Assembly (NCBI GenBank): GCA_030704615.1
Contig: CM060731.1
Coordinates: 6,572,001 to 6,636,000, forward strand
Source of the DNA: Takakia lepidozioides
Lineage: Eukaryota; Plantae; Bryophyta
Direction of reading: 5' to 3'
Length of the DNA stretch: 64,000 nucleotides
A program made the translations under genes and the position numbers. Below the pieces are notes generated by a model. The model saw only the letters and a program-made list of their open reading frames with translations, did not search any database and was not told the origin of the DNA. Of the stretch, positions 62,651-64,000 are shown piece by piece; the first letter of the stretch is position 1, and each line of letters begins with the position of its first letter.

Positions 62651-64000
62651 GCCGCCACTACAGGTTTAGGGTTTTTGGCTACAACTGAAGGTTTCACTTC
62701 GTTGAATTGGCGCAGATGTACTGTACAAATGCACCAGTCCTCTATACCCGCTTATGGTTTTATTCCGTTTTGAAAACATATAACTCCTATGACCGAGGTT
62801 CAAAAACATAAAACTCCCATGACCATGGGTTGTGCTCACAGGATACCACCCCCTTTCGGACTGCCTACAACCAAAGGGAAGTTCCATGCCCATGATATCG
62901 AAGGTCTAATTGGGTGACTTAGAGGGAACCATTACAGCCGATGTTCAGCTGAAGCCCTCATTTGGACGTAAATCACTGCCAAAAGATTTTGTTTGTATTT
63001 ATCATGCCGTTAAAAAGCAGAATTCATTTGGGTGCATTCCACTTGGAATGCACCCCATCAGCTCCCTTGAGTGCATTCCGAAATGCAGAATGCACCGGCC
63101 AGTGTTTTCTTTTTCATATTTCCAAAATCGCTGGCGGGGCCACCTGTGAATTCCACGCAGTGCCCCTGTGGCGAGAATATCGAGGTGACAAAGTTAGAAA
63201 AATGGCTATATTCCAGGTGTCATGTTTTCATTGGTCCACGTTGGCAAGATTAGGCTCCTGAAATTTATCTCCTTGAAAAATCTCTGATTTTAACCCTCAT
63301 AATTCCTTTGTACAAGTAGCTGACCAAGTTTCCAGGTCGAAATCTGGCGATTTTTTGCCAGAAAGAAAAACACTGGCACCGGCCATTAGATTTTCTTAGA
63401 TTTTTCTGGCATTTCTTTACGCAGCCTGGTAATGCCCCTAGTATCTGGGATTACCCCTAGTGTCGGGCCAATCCCAGATTTTGGGTCTTCCCCTCGGGCT
63501 CCAGGCCCTTAAATCCGGGAATGCCCTCCACTCATGGCATTACCACATATATCCATGGACTCGTCTTGGTCCGTTTCGTTGCGGATGTTTCCAACCTTTG
63601 GTATGATCGTGGCCGTGGATCCATCAACGGTTCATGAATCACATATATATAATGCAATGAAAAGGTTTTGCGTCACATCCAATGTCGTGGGATCATCTTT
63701 CTGCTACCATGCCAAAACTGTCTTGTATGCCATGGCCTACTTGCAATGGAGCTGTCCTCAATGATTGATTGTGTGGTCATTGCATGTGGGATTGCCAATC
63801 ACCCCCTGAGAGCTTTTTTTGTGTTTTCCAGTCCTGCCCAGGAAATTGGGACTAGGAACATAGACAACCTGGTATGGAAAAAGATAATGACAAACATGGA
63901 ACGTTCACAAGAAGCCAGAATGTGAGAGACAAAAGAAAGAGATAGGAGAACATAGCCTAGTACATAGGGCTGTCGTAGAATGCAGCTAAGCTCTTCAGCT

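Noticed and set aside
63095-63385. Short inverted match (CCAGTGTTTT.../...AAAACACTGG) as a possible MITE
   Set aside because: Too short and no TSD.
60000-64000. Short ORFs as host genes
   Set aside because: No recognisable motifs or consistent exon structure.

Overview
TE-dense eukaryotic DNA, most likely from a non-seed land plant such as a moss (inferred from Tcn1-like chromoviruses and PLS-type PPR remnants). There is no intact host gene, and there are two 500-N gaps. The main feature is a ~22.5-kb Mutator-like DNA transposon (21010-43505; 21-bp imperfect TIRs, 9-bp TSD GGTTTGTAC). It is inserted in one chromovirus and is itself interrupted by a younger full-length chromovirus (21982-28947, TSD ACAAA). 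The MULE encodes a GCM-like/DDE/SWIM transposase on the minus strand. Divergently, it carries a multi-exon gene whose product fuses a ParB/Srx-like domain (DGNHR) to a beta-class N4C/N6A-type DNA methyltransferase fold. About 50 copies of a 22-bp palindrome (GGAAATGCGGYRCCGCATTTCC) surround this gene, largely in helically phased arrays. Separately, a decayed Ty3/gypsy element (49115-55960) carries a C5 cytosine methyltransferase between protease and RT, and a PHD-finger remnant after integrase. Also present are a tandem LTR-LTR junction, a degenerate kinase followed by long hairpins, and PDF-motif/PPR pseudogenes. All domain calls come from reading motifs by eye; no database searches were run.
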